NCBI RefSeq assembly: GCF_902459465.1
Contig: NC_047067.1
Coordinates: 19,778,001 to 19,842,000 of the forward strand
DNA: 64,000 nucleotides
Source: Asterias rubens
Lineage: Eukaryota
Direction: 5' to 3'
Positions 1 to 10,058 of the stretch are shown piece after piece (the first letter of the stretch is position 1; every line of letters starts with the position of its first letter). Position numbers and translations under genes: made by a program. The notes beneath the pieces are model-generated. The model searched no databases. It had not been told where the DNA came from and saw nothing but the letters and a program-made list of their open reading frames with translations.

Positions 1-38
1 GTGCCTTCAAAGGAATTGTATAATGCTGAACCACGGTT

Positions 39-205
39 CTATAAGGTTATATCGCAATTGTATCAGGGAAATATCGCAATAGTTCAAGATTATATCACAA
101 TCATATAAGGTTATATCGCAAATGTAAAAGGTTATATCGCAATCGTATAAAGGTAATATCGTAATTGTATATACAGTTATATTGCAATTGTATAAGGTTT
201 TATAT
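39..205. repeat. Degenerate ~21-23 bp minisatellite (AAGGTTATATCGCAATTGTAT-like)
   Basis: About seven imperfect copies of AAGGTTATATCGCAA(T/A) are visible at the window start. Confidence 0.8.
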
Positions 206-552
206 TCAAGGAATAATTACCCAGGATTCTGTGTTGTTTTTGTCTTGGAATTTTGACATTAAATTTTGCTTTGACACTGTTGCCCATATTGAAGTTTTAA
301 GTAAAATAGTCTTTTACGTTTTGCATAATTTGTATTGCACATTAGGAAAGCTCTTAAAAAGAATTTCCAAGTGTGGCCTTTGAATTACTTGGCTCATAAA
401 AATCAATGGACGAGCAGTTAATATGACATGGGTAGTCAGCCCAGTGATCTCCATGACCCCTCCTAAAATTCCAGCCCGGATGCCCACGAATATGAATTGT
501 AAATCAAGAACTCGTGGTTCAGTAACTAGACGCTTGTCATTTTTAAAATAGC

Positions 553-2110
553 GGTTAGCTTGGTAGCATTTGAACTCACAACCTTGTCACTGCAAGTCCT
601 GTAGTCTAACCACTGAACCATCACAAAATTGTCATTGTAAAATGAGCAGTTAGCTGGTAGATTTCGAACCAACAACATTCTGATTGCAAGTCCTGCAGTC
701 TAACCACTGGACCACCATTAGCTTGGTAGGATTCGAACCCACAACCTTGTGATTGTAAGTCCTGCAGCCTAACCACTGGACCACAGTTAGCTTGGTAGGA
801 TTCGAACCCACAACCTTGTGGATGCAAGTCCTGCAGTCTAACCACTTGATCACAGTTTGATTGGTAGGATTCAAACCCAGAACCTTGTGATTGCAAGTCC
901 TGCAGTCCAACCACTGGACCACAGTTAGCTTGGTAGGATTTGAACCCACAACCTTGTGGATGCAAGTCCTGCAGTCTAACCACTTGATCACAGTTTGATT
1001 GGTAGGATTCAAACCCAGAACCTTGTGATTGCAAGTCCTGCAGTCCAACCACTGGACCACAGTTAGCTGGGTAGTCTTACCACTGGATTCGAACCCAGAA
1101 CCTTGTGATTGCAAGTCCTACAGCCTAACCACTGGACCACAGTTAGCTTGGTAGGATTCGAACCCACAACCTTGTGGATGCAAGTCCTGCAGTCTAACCA
1201 CTTGATCAGTTTGATTGGTAGGATTCAAACGCAGAACCTTGTGATTGCAAGTCCTGCAGTCCAACCACTGGACCACAGTTAGCTGGGTAGGATTCGAACA
1301 CACAACCTTTTGATTGCAAGTCCTGCAGTCTAACCACTGAACCACCGTAAGCTTGGTAGGATTCGAACCAACAACCTTGTAACTGCAAGTCCTGCAGTCG
1401 AACCACTAAACCATCACAAAATTGTGATTCAGTAACTAGGGAATACTCATATTAGTCATTGTTAAACCAGCAGTTAGCTTGGTAGGATTCGAACCAACAA
1501 ATATGTGATTGCAAGTCCTGCAGTCCAACCACTGAACCACAGTTAGCTTGGTAGGATTCAAACCCACAACCTTGTGATTGCAAGTCCTGACGGTTAGCTT
1601 GGTAGGATTCGAACCCACAACCTTGTGACTGCAAGTCTTGACGGTTAGCTTGGTATGATTCGAACCCACAACATTTTGATTGCAAGTCTAGAGTCTAACC
1701 ACTGAAACACAGTTGGCTTGGTAGGATTCAAACCCACAACTTTGTGATTGTAAGTCCTGCAGTCTAACCACTGACCACCATTAGCTTGGTATGATTTGAA
1801 CCTACAACCTTTTGAGTGCAAGTCCTGCAGTCTAACCAATGGGCAATGAACCTACAACCCTGTGATTGTAAGTCCTGCAGTCTAACCACTGAAACACAGT
1901 TAGCTTGGTAGGATTCAAACCTTTAATCTTGTGATTGCAAGTCCTGCAGTCTAACCACTGAACCACAGTTAGCTTAGTAGGATTCAAACCAACAACCTTG
2001 TAACTGCAAGTCCTGCAGTCTAACCACTGGACCACAGTTAGCTTAGTAGGATTCAAACCTACAACCTTGTGATTGCAAGTCCTGCAGTCTAACCACTGGA
2101 CCAAGTTGAC
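553..2110 (-). repeat. Tandem array of ~22 tRNA-derived (SINE-head-like) 69-bp units
   Basis: Minus-strand unit is TAACTGTGGTCCAGTGGTTAGACTGCAGGACTTGCAATCACAAGGTTGTGGGTTCGAATCCTACCAAGC. It has an A-box-like TGGTCCAGTGG, a B-box GGTTCGAATCC and a T-arm GTGGG/CCTAC. A 138-bp dimer repeats at ~790-1065, and 51-bp units lacking the A box start at 1542 and 1593. Confidence 0.88.
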
Positions 2111-2175
2111 CACCATCCTGGAATAGTTTCATTACTTCTGTTGATGAGTTGTAGATTGCACTTTCATTCAAGAGG

Positions 2176-2222
2176 TCAAAGTGCAAAAGAAGACATCTGG
2201 AGATGCTGCATGTTGTTCCGAG
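2176..2222 (-). CDS. MASTL: Greatwall/MASTL kinase, terminal coding exon (ARNNMQHLQMSSFAL*)
   Basis: Polypyrimidine tract plus AG at 2224-2223, phase-1 entry, TGA at 2178-2176. The peptide matches the Greatwall C-terminus (human ...FEARNTAQHLTVSGFSL). Confidence 0.88.
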
Positions 2223-2260
2223 CTAAACAAAAAAAGGGAGACGGACAAGTAACCTGTTAA

Positions 2261-2638
2261 AGGCAGTGGACACTATTGGTAATTGTCAAAGACTACCTTC
2301 ACAGTTGGTGTATCTCAACATATGCATAAAATAACTAACCTGTGAAAATTTGAACTCAATTGGTCATCGAAGTTGCGAGATAATAACAAAAGAAAAAAAC
2401 ACCCTTGTCACATGAAGTTGTGTGCATTTAGATGGTTGATTTCGAGACCTCAAGTTCTAAATCTGAGGTCTCGAAATCAAATTCGTGGAAAATTACTTCT
2501 TTCTTGAAAACTACATCACTTCAGCGGGAGCCGTTTCTCACAATGTTTTATACTATCAACCTCTCCCCATTACTCGTCATCAAGAAAAGTTTTATGCCAA
2601 TAATTATTTTGAGTAATTACCAATAGTGTCCACTGCCT
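2261..2638 (+). mobile_element. Non-autonomous DNA transposon (MITE family A, Kolobok-like), 378 bp
   Basis: TIR AGGCAGTGGACACTATTGGTAATT at both ends, TTAA on the left and TTAC on the right. AG termini with TTAA targets fit Kolobok. Confidence 0.8.
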
Positions 2639-3429
2639 TTACAGAGCTGTTAAATGATCAGGTTCAAGGAAAGGGATATGTTTGGTAATCACTCTTAAAA
2701 TTAGTGGCAATAACAACCTTTGGTCAGAAGCCTACAGCGGATTGGGATACATAAAGCACTATGGAAACTAGTTAACCTCATCAACAACCAATAGCTTGTT
2801 TATTCCTCTTGTCAGGAAGTCGGCCACTGTGAATGTCGGCTTAATCATATTATCATTCAACTGTTTGTTTATTTTTGTTTATTTTTTATAACTGTTGTTC
2901 ATATGCGATGCTTTCGAGATCTGGTTAGGGATTGTTCTGTGATTTTTATGTTTTTGTGCAATTCTGTGTCTTTTGCCCTGTTACTTTTGTGGTCTATTGT
3001 CATTTGTGCATTTTAATTTTTTATGTTTTTTAATTGTATTACATGAAACTATCTTATTATTGTATTAACTGACCAATTGTGAATTTAAGACCGCAATTCA
3101 GGTTTCTTATACTGCCAGTGTCTTTTTAAAATATTGTTGAATAACTAAACAATTAATTATATATTATTACATTTCACTTTCGATTCGAAAGACGTGGTTT
3201 TTTTTTTAAGCCAAGCAGTGACGCTTCTCAGTATGTGTATTCCCATCAGGGAATTTCCTTCATGCGTTGACATATTTTCTCTGGATTTTCAGCGATATCT
3301 CAAAAACCTGACCACCCTTGAAAATGTTAGTCTTATTGTGCACACCAACATTTTAAAGGATTAAACAGTCAAACTGTTCCATAAACTAAAGGTTTACTTG
3401 CCCTTTAAAGTCTGCATTTCTTCTGTTAA

Positions 3430-4722
3430 AGACACTGGACACCTTTGGTAATTGTCAAAGACAAGTCTTCATAGTTGGTGTATCTCAACTATGCATAAAG
3501 TAACGAACCTGCAAAAGTTTGAGCTTGATTGGTCATCAGAGTTGCGAGATAATAATGAAACTTGGAAAAAACACCCTTGTCACACAAAGTTGTGTGCTTT
3601 CCAGCCCTGATACTTCGGCTTTTAAGGGGCACGGCAGTTTTGCCTTGACTTTTTGTAAAAATTTAGGGCACCAAGGCAATTTTCAAAAGTTTGGAAGGGC
3701 ATCACGGCAATCATAAAAAGTTGCGAAGGGCACGACGGCAGTTTGAAAAAAAACCTCCAAGTTGCCTGTAAAAAATAGTTATTCCAATTTTTCCATTTTC
3801 TAACTGTTACCCAATGAAAAAAGAAAGCATTCATCTAATTCAACAAAATAAAGAACAACTACTTACAATACACAATAAATAATTTTTGTTCATACGTAAT
3901 CCTACTATTGGTCATGCACGTTGTGTAGTTTTTCGTAGAGACGCTAAAATTCCCACGTAACTGCTCCATTTTGACACGATGTTGACAGAATAAATGCATG
4001 CTGTGCGCGACGCCTATGCTGTACATGATGGTACATCACATGTACCAAGCATGGGGAAAACCACTATCCCAGCATGCAAAGACACGTCGAGTCTTTTTCT
4101 CAAGGCGTTTAGCGTTGGTTCGCGTAATTTTACCACTAGAGGGCGTTTAATCTCACGCTATCGCTCTGTTCCGAAACGCCCTCTAGCGTTCGATGTTTCG
4201 AGTATTTTTTTGTCGCACGCAAAGAACAACGACTAATGTGCCTGAAATCTGCTGTTGTGCCTTACGTGCGTGAAATTTGGGTCTATTTCGTTGACTATTT
4301 GGGTCTATTTCGGGACTTTTTGGCTTATTTTCGAACTTTGACAACGTTGAATATAATTTGTTTTCGGGAGGAAGGGCACGGCGCCAATGATGAGAAAAGG
4401 GCACGGCAATCATTGCCGTGAAAAATTGGGTTTTTGAAGGGCATTGCGGCAATCGGTAGGGGCAACGACGGCAATTGCCGTCGTTGCCGTCGTGAAGTAT
4501 CAGGGCTGGCTTTCAGATGCTTGATTGCGAGACCTCAAATTCTACACCTGAGGTTTTGAAATCAAGTTCATTGAAAATTGCTTCTTTCTCGAAAACTTTG
4601 CACTTCAGAGGGAGCAGTTACTCATAATGTTTTATACTATCAACCTCTCCCCATTACTCGTTACCAAGTGAGGTTTTATGCTAATAATTATTTTTAGTAA
4701 TTACCAATAGTGTCCACTGCCT
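3430..4722 (+). mobile_element. MITE family A copy split by a nested insertion
   Basis: The 5' part (3430-3601) and 3' part (4509-4722) are colinear with the 2261-2638 copy; TTAA flanks. Confidence 0.8.
3602..4508. mobile_element. Nested non-autonomous DNA element, 907 bp, 15-bp TIR, 6-bp TSD
   Basis: CAGCCCTGATACTTC at 3602-3616 and GAAGTATCAGGGCTG at 4494-4508. GCTTTC is duplicated at 3596-3601 and 4509-4514. Many subterminal ACGGCA/GGCACGGC motifs. Confidence 0.85.
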
Positions 4723-4793
4723 TTAAAGTCTGCATTTCTTCAAATCAAATTTTATGTGTATGGTGAAGACAAAATACTGCGAATATTGTTTAC

Positions 4794-4904
4794 CGTCAAA
4801 ATAAGTGGTGTCCGTTCTGTCATCTGGGGCTGGGATGAAAGGGGCTTCTGTCTCCCTGATTCGCTTCCAGTCGATTTCGTGGAATAGTGGATGGGACTTC
4901 AGTT
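4794..4904 (-). CDS. MASTL: Greatwall/MASTL kinase, penultimate coding exon (AGC C-terminal tail: ELKSHPLFHEIDWKRIRETEAPFIPAPDDRTDTTYFD)
   Basis: Acceptor ttcag at 4906-4905 and donor GTAAAC at 4793; 111 nt, phase 1/1. Resembles human LKRHPLFSDVDW...PFIPQPDDETDTSYFE and joins in frame to 2222. Confidence 0.88.
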
Positions 4905-5039
4905 CTGAAGAAAGCAAGATAATATTTGAGAAAATTATGGGAAAGCATCATTAAAGAAAATGGCTAATTTGAACATCCTTTTTATCTGACAGTTATCAAC
5001 CTAACACACAAGACAAGAACATAAACAAAAACAAAAACA

Positions 5040-5450
5040 ACAGCAAACTGTCAGTGTCTTCATTCCCATTTTAGCATTCGACCGGAAGTCGCATGTCTGG
5101 CTTGATCAACAACCACATGAAACCGCAAACAAAATGGTGGTCTCTTTTAATTTGCCTAGACTACCGACGGAGAGAGCAAAAAAATCCCCATCGGATTGCT
5201 TCAGAAAGAAGGAAAACGGACCTAAAACATCCATTAAAAACCTCCATGTTCCCCCTCCACAAATGACCTAAAAAACATGCTCAAAACTTACCTTTAAATA
5301 TTGAAAATGCTTGAAAAATGCGAGTTCTAGTGGTTGTGTTTTTGTTAACCACCGTCCTAGCTACACGGCGTACACACACGCATCACGGCAATAACCAACG
5401 GAACTTTCGCAATGCTTTCTGAAAAAACAATAAAATGGAAGTTTATTTAA
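5040..5450 (-). promoter_or_regulatory. Promoter-like segment with candidate non-coding first exon (~5400 to 5292)
   Basis: ETS motif ACCGGAAGT at 5081-5089, local CpG enrichment, and a consensus donor AAG|GTAAGT at 5292/5291 on the minus strand. Confidence 0.35.
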
Positions 5451-6260
5451 AGGTGACGCAATGGGGTGGCACTAGTAGTACTATTATTGAAATACTTTCT
5501 AAATCACCAAACTATCTTTTTGAATTGTACAAACAGAGCCAAAATATTCGTTGATATTTTCACAAACTTACCCGTATTATTTTGAGTGTGCAGCCCCTTG
5601 TTTTACGGGTTTTCCCTGCCAGATATAAATATACGCCCAGTCTGGTACCTGGACTTATATGCATGTTTGTTGCGTGCTACAGAGTTTGTGAAGGTGGTAC
5701 CTTAAAGAGAAAGTTCTTTCTTTGGAAATCCCGAAAAGCAAAACGTGTGCTCTCTGCTCCAGCATCGATTATGGAAATTGGAAAATGTTAATTGAATTGA
5801 ACTTTGAAGTGATTTGCATGAAGAGGTAGCTGGTTTATTCGATTGTATTTTACCTGATTTTACCTAGTACAGCAGTAGTACTGGCTCCTTCTTTCGTGTT
5901 GGTTTAGAGTGTTGATTATAAACTTAAAGTTAAAGTAAAACATGGAGAAAGCAAAATGCTACAAAGTACATTCATAATTTCGACAACACTCACTCACTAT
6001 TAAGTTGGTGTCCACTAGTTGACCCAGCTAGCTGAGCTAGTAGTTGAGCTGAGTAACTGATGCTCTGCACTCATTTTTTAAAATGATTACATTTTGCAAA
6101 TAGTTAACTTTAAGAATGAGTGCAGGGCCCCTAATAGTAATACTGCATGGGGATAACTTTCCATATGGCGCCACCACTGTTTCACTCATTTTTACAAAAA
6201 GGGATATATCAATCAGGTAAATTAGATACTATATTATTTTATTTCAAAAAATAGTTAATG

Positions 6261-6299
6261 GCCTGACGTTTCGACCCTAGCAGAGTCTTTCTCGAAGGC
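6261..6299 (-). ncRNA. Minimal type-I hammerhead-ribozyme-like motif in the 3' PLE repeat
   Basis: GCCU-UCGAGAA-A-GACUC(UGCUA)GGGUC-GAA-ACGU-C-AGGC gives stem I, stem II, a palindromic stem III and a GUC site, with a non-canonical core. Confidence 0.7.
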
Positions 6300-6599
6300 T
6301 AAATGACAACACAACAAACATGAACAGGTAACTAAGTGAAACATAAGCAGTGAAGTGGAAATACATGAATGGGGTTAGAAAGCATACATAAAAAAGCAGG
6401 GGGTAAACAATGAATAGGGGGACAAACAAGGGGGGGGGGGGTGAAGGGAAGGGGCTGGCTTGACCACAAGCAAGAATATGGAAACACAAAGGACAACATC
6501 AGGGGTGGTGAGGTTGGGTAAAAGTAATTTATTCTAGTGAATGAGGCTCAGGCTAAAAGGCTATGGGAAAAAAAAGGAGACGGCAAAACAAAAGGTTTA

Positions 6600-9299
6600 T
6601 TAGTCGTTTCCTTCTTGGATGTTCAGACCATGGGGTTGAATGGTCTGGAGGCGTCTAATCCAGAGTTTCTCCCTACTCAAACGCACAGTCTCTCTGTGGT
6701 TGCCTAGTGCCTCTATGCCCTGTAAGATCATGTCAGAAATGGAGTGATTAGGAAGATTGAAGTGATGACCTACAGGTGTATCTAGCTTTTGGGTCTTGAC
6801 TGTAGATCTGTGGCCGTAGAAACGCCTCTTGAGTGTAGTTCTTGTTTCACCTATATATTGAACACCACAGACTCTGCAAGATATGAGATAAATGAGATTA
6901 GTGGTGGTGCAGGTGACATGACCCCTTGTCTTATGGGTGGTACCGCCGGTGTTACTGGTGAAGGAGTCCGATTCCCTGATGTGTTGTCTACAGACGATGC
7001 ATTTGGAGATGTTGGAACACCTAAAAGTTCCCTGTGGTAGAGGGGGATTAACATCATCATTAATGGGAGGGACTTCTGCTCGGACAATGAGATCCCTGAG
7101 ACTTGGTGGGCGTCTGTAGGCAACTATGGGTTCTTCCTGCACAGCACGTTGAAGTCGATCTGATGTGTGAAGAATATGATGGTTAGAACTGGTTATTTTA
7201 CGAATGGGAGGAAGTGAGGGGTGGAAAGTGACAACAAAAGGAACTTTCCCCGTAGGACTCTGTTGTTTCTTTGGTCCTTTGGAAAGTACTGACTCCCTAG
7301 AACGAGCCTTGACTTTCTGGATAGCTCGATGGACTGCTAGAGAGCTATGACCCCTGGAAACAAGGTGTTTCTTAAGTTCCTGTGAGTGGTGGATAAAATC
7401 AGAATCACTAGAACAGATTCGACGGAGTCTGAGGGCCTGGCTGTAGGCTATGCTGGTTTTGCAGTGTCGGGGGTGACAGCTAGTGGAATGTAGGTATTGG
7501 TGTTTATCTGTGGGTTTAACGAAGAGATCTGTGGTTAAGCCTACATCCGTCTTGAGAACCTTGACATCCAGAAAGTGTGTATCCTTGGTTGAGTATTCGC
7601 TCGTGAATTTGATGGTCCTGTGGAAGGAATTTATGTGATTAATGAAAGCTTTGAGGCTTGCTTCATCGCTTGTCCAGATGAAAAAGATGTCATCGATATA
7701 GCGCCACCAGACCCAGGGACGGCAAGGGGCTGATGCCAACATGCGCTGTTCAAGATGGCTCATGAAAAGGCACGCCATTGATGGTGCCATACGTGTGCCC
7801 ATTGCAGTACCCTGTACCTGTAGGAAATTCTTACCCATGAAAGAGAAGTTGTTTTTTGTTAGAACATGTTGCATGAGGGATACAATGTCTGAAATGGGCG
7901 GTGATGTGTGACCACTCTTAGCCAGAGCTGAAGAGCAGGCAGCAATCCCTTCATCTTGGGGAATGTTGGTGTATAGAGAGGTTACATCAAAAGTACCGAT
8001 GATGGCTGTGTTAGGGACCTGCTTCTGAATACCTGCGATTTTGCGGAGAAAATCTGGAGTGTCATGAATGTATGATGGAATCTGCGGCATTAACGGCTTG
8101 AGAAAACTGTCAACAAAAAGAGAAATGTTCTCAGTGGGGGAACCATTGCCAGATATGATGGGTCTTCCTGGGTTGTCTGGTTTATGTATCTTTGGAAGGA
8201 GGTAAAACCTGGCTGTTCTACAGTCGACCGGGGAGAGAAACTTGTGAGCTTTCTTGGAGAGGTTGTCACGGTCATGCATTTCGTCCAGTGTTAGTTGAAT
8301 CTCCTTTGAGAAGGTGCCTGTTGGATCAGTGTCAAGTGGTTTATAATTAGTTTGGTTGTTCAGTTGTCTCATGGCTTCATCGATGTATTGCTGGCGGCCC
8401 ATGACAACAACAGCAGAGCCCTTGTCGGCTGGCTTGATGATGATATCTTTCCGTGCTCGTAGAGTCTTAAGAGCCTCACGCTCTTCTCTAGGGAGGTTGT
8501 CATGAGTCCTGTGGGTAGAATGATCATTCGAGTTAATTTGTGAACTAACAACCTGCACGTAAATTTCAAGGGAAGGAACACGGTTCTTAGGTGGTACCCA
8601 TTTACTCTTACAGTAAAATGGCTCAGGATCTATGGGTGGTGAGTCGAGGAAGAATTCACGGAGTCGAATTCTACGGTAGTAGTCAGTTAGGTCCTGACTA
8701 AGCTCAGCCTGATTAACTGTGGGAGGAGTTGGGCAGAAGTTAAGTCCCTTGGAGAGAAGGTCATTTTCTGCATCTGAAAGGGTACATGATGAGAGGTTAA
8801 TTACTGTGGATTGAGGGGCCGACGGTTCAGCTTCAGTGGGTACATTGCGTTTGAATCGTCTCCGTCTGTGATGCTGCTGTTTGGAGACAAGACGACCAAT
8901 CTTGCCATTTCTCCTAGAAATCAGAACAGATTCAAGTTTAGTTAAACCAGCATCGATCTCACTGGTGAATTGCTCAAAACGGGCACTTGAGCAGATGGAC
9001 CTAAGTTCCGCTTCAAGATAGGATATATCTCGGTTGAAGCTGTTGAGACAAACATCACAGTGTTCTGTTAAAATACGAATGAGACTAAGTGAAGTACTAT
9101 GGAGTGTGTTGTTCCACTGTCTGCGGAGTGGGGTACACAAAGACCCAAGGGCTGGGTCAAATTTCACCTGTAAACCTGTGGGAATGAAACGGGTTAGTGT
9201 GTAGAACCTGTAGTTGTCTCGATGATACGAATAACGTAGTGCTTTCTCTTTTAGTTTCCTAAGTTCCTGAAACAAGCGAACGCAACTTTGGTTAGACAT
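6600..9299 (-). CDS. PLE polyprotein, 899 aa from the likely ATG at 9299: reverse transcriptase plus GIY-YIG endonuclease
   Basis: Motifs VINLS...LSKGLNFCPTP, KPADKG, FYLLPKIHK...GRPIIS, FDVTSLYTNIP, QGTAMGT, WWRYIDDIF, FLDV, a Cys-rich linker (CSNISKCIVC), NLIYLISCRVCGVQYIGET and PVGHHFN. No stops or frameshifts. Confidence 0.95.
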   Translation of the reverse strand: MSNQSCVRLFQELRKLKEKALRYSYHRDNYRFYTLTRFIPTGLQVKFDPALGSLCTPLRRQWNNTLHSTSLSLIRILTEHCDVCLNSFNRDISYLEAELRSICSSARFEQFTSEIDAGLTKLESVLISRRNGKIGRLVSKQQHHRRRRFKRNVPTEAEPSAPQSTVINLSSCTLSDAENDLLSKGLNFCPTPPTVNQAELSQDLTDYYRRIRLREFFLDSPPIDPEPFYCKSKWVPPKNRVPSLEIYVQVVSSQINSNDHSTHRTHDNLPREEREALKTLRARKDIIIKPADKGSAVVVMGRQQYIDEAMRQLNNQTNYKPLDTDPTGTFSKEIQLTLDEMHDRDNLSKKAHKFLSPVDCRTARFYLLPKIHKPDNPGRPIISGNGSPTENISLFVDSFLKPLMPQIPSYIHDTPDFLRKIAGIQKQVPNTAIIGTFDVTSLYTNIPQDEGIAACSSALAKSGHTSPPISDIVSLMQHVLTKNNFSFMGKNFLQVQGTAMGTRMAPSMACLFMSHLEQRMLASAPCRPWVWWRYIDDIFFIWTSDEASLKAFINHINSFHRTIKFTSEYSTKDTHFLDVKVLKTDVGLTTDLFVKPTDKHQYLHSTSCHPRHCKTSIAYSQALRLRRICSSDSDFIHHSQELKKHLVSRGHSSLAVHRAIQKVKARSRESVLSKGPKKQQSPTGKVPFVVTFHPSLPPIRKITSSNHHILHTSDRLQRAVQEEPIVAYRRPPSLRDLIVRAEVPPINDDVNPPLPQGTFRCSNISKCIVCRQHIRESDSFTSNTGGTTHKTRGHVTCTTTNLIYLISCRVCGVQYIGETRTTLKRRFYGHRSTVKTQKLDTPVGHHFNLPNHSISDMILQGIEALGNHRETVRLSREKLWIRRLQTIQPHGLNIQEGND

Positions 9300-9328
9300 T
9301 GTGAAAAAGAAAACAAACAGGAACAAAT

Positions 9329-9976
9329 CTGTAGAGAAAAGCAATAAAAAAATGTTAATAAACTGAGGCTGGCGGTAACACCAAGGGATGATAATCTAAA
9401 GAGGAGTAGGGGTGGTTCTGAGAAGAACCTTTGGTTTCAATTGGAGAAAATGTTAAGTTGACAAAGACATGAATAAACTGGGGGAGGAAAACAACATTAA
9501 TATTCAAAAGGGAAGTGCACTAAAAAGGAAACAGATTTTAGTGAAAATGCAGGGTGTATAGAGTAAACCTGGAGGGGGAGGAAAACTGTGGTTAATTATA
9601 TAAGGGGGAAGAACTCATGAAGGGAAAAAAAGGACATGATGAAACAAGTAGGGAAACAAACGGGAAAACAAAGGTGCTGAAACAAAATTTCAAGCAACCT
9701 GCCACAAAGAAAAACAAGCAAACAAATGAAGAAACCTGTGGAGAAATATAGTAAATTTAGTAATTGAACATAGTCAAAAAGCAAATGGGAGAAACAAATT
9801 GGTTATTATATATGGAGAGAAGGCAATGAGAGAAAGAAAGAACAAACTGTGAAATACAACCAACAAATAAGACAAAATGTAACAAGAAACCAGGGAGGTA
9901 AGGAGGATCACCAAAGGGATACTGCAACAGAGGAATATAGATGAGAAAATAGAATTAGCTGTTGCAAACAACTTAC
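9329..9976 (-). other. Putative spliceosomal intron in the PLE 5' leader (648 nt)
   Basis: Donor TTG|GTAAGT at 9976, a very T-rich body, and acceptor ttttctctacag| at 9330-9329, 29 nt before the ATG at 9299. Confidence 0.7.
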
Positions 9977-10019
9977 CAACCAAATGGACCGAGAGTATAA
10001 ATGCAAAAAATAGTTAATG

Positions 10020-10058
10020 GCCTGACGTTTCGACCCTAGCAGAGTCTTTCTCGAAGGC
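10020..10058 (-). ncRNA. Second identical hammerhead-like motif in the 5' PLE repeat
   Basis: Identical to 6261-6299, offset by 3759 nt. Confidence 0.7.

Noticed and set aside
553-2110. CRISPR array or functional tRNA gene cluster
   Set aside because: There are no unique spacers, the context is eukaryotic and there are no cas genes. Units lack acceptor and anticodon stems.
621-2116. Repetitive ORFs (VVQWLDCRTCNHKVVGSNPTKLT and similar) as a repeat protein
   Set aside because: They arise because the unit is 69 bp (3x23). An 11-bp insertion near 1075 and a 2-bp deletion near 1210 shift frame, and several frames are equally open.
6789-8581. Short ORFs overlapping the PLE ORF in other frames or strands
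   Set aside because: Shadow ORFs with no motifs.
9300-9344. N-terminal 15 residues of the 914-aa ORF call
   Set aside because: They overlap the polypyrimidine tract and acceptor of the leader intron; ATG 9299 is the more plausible start.
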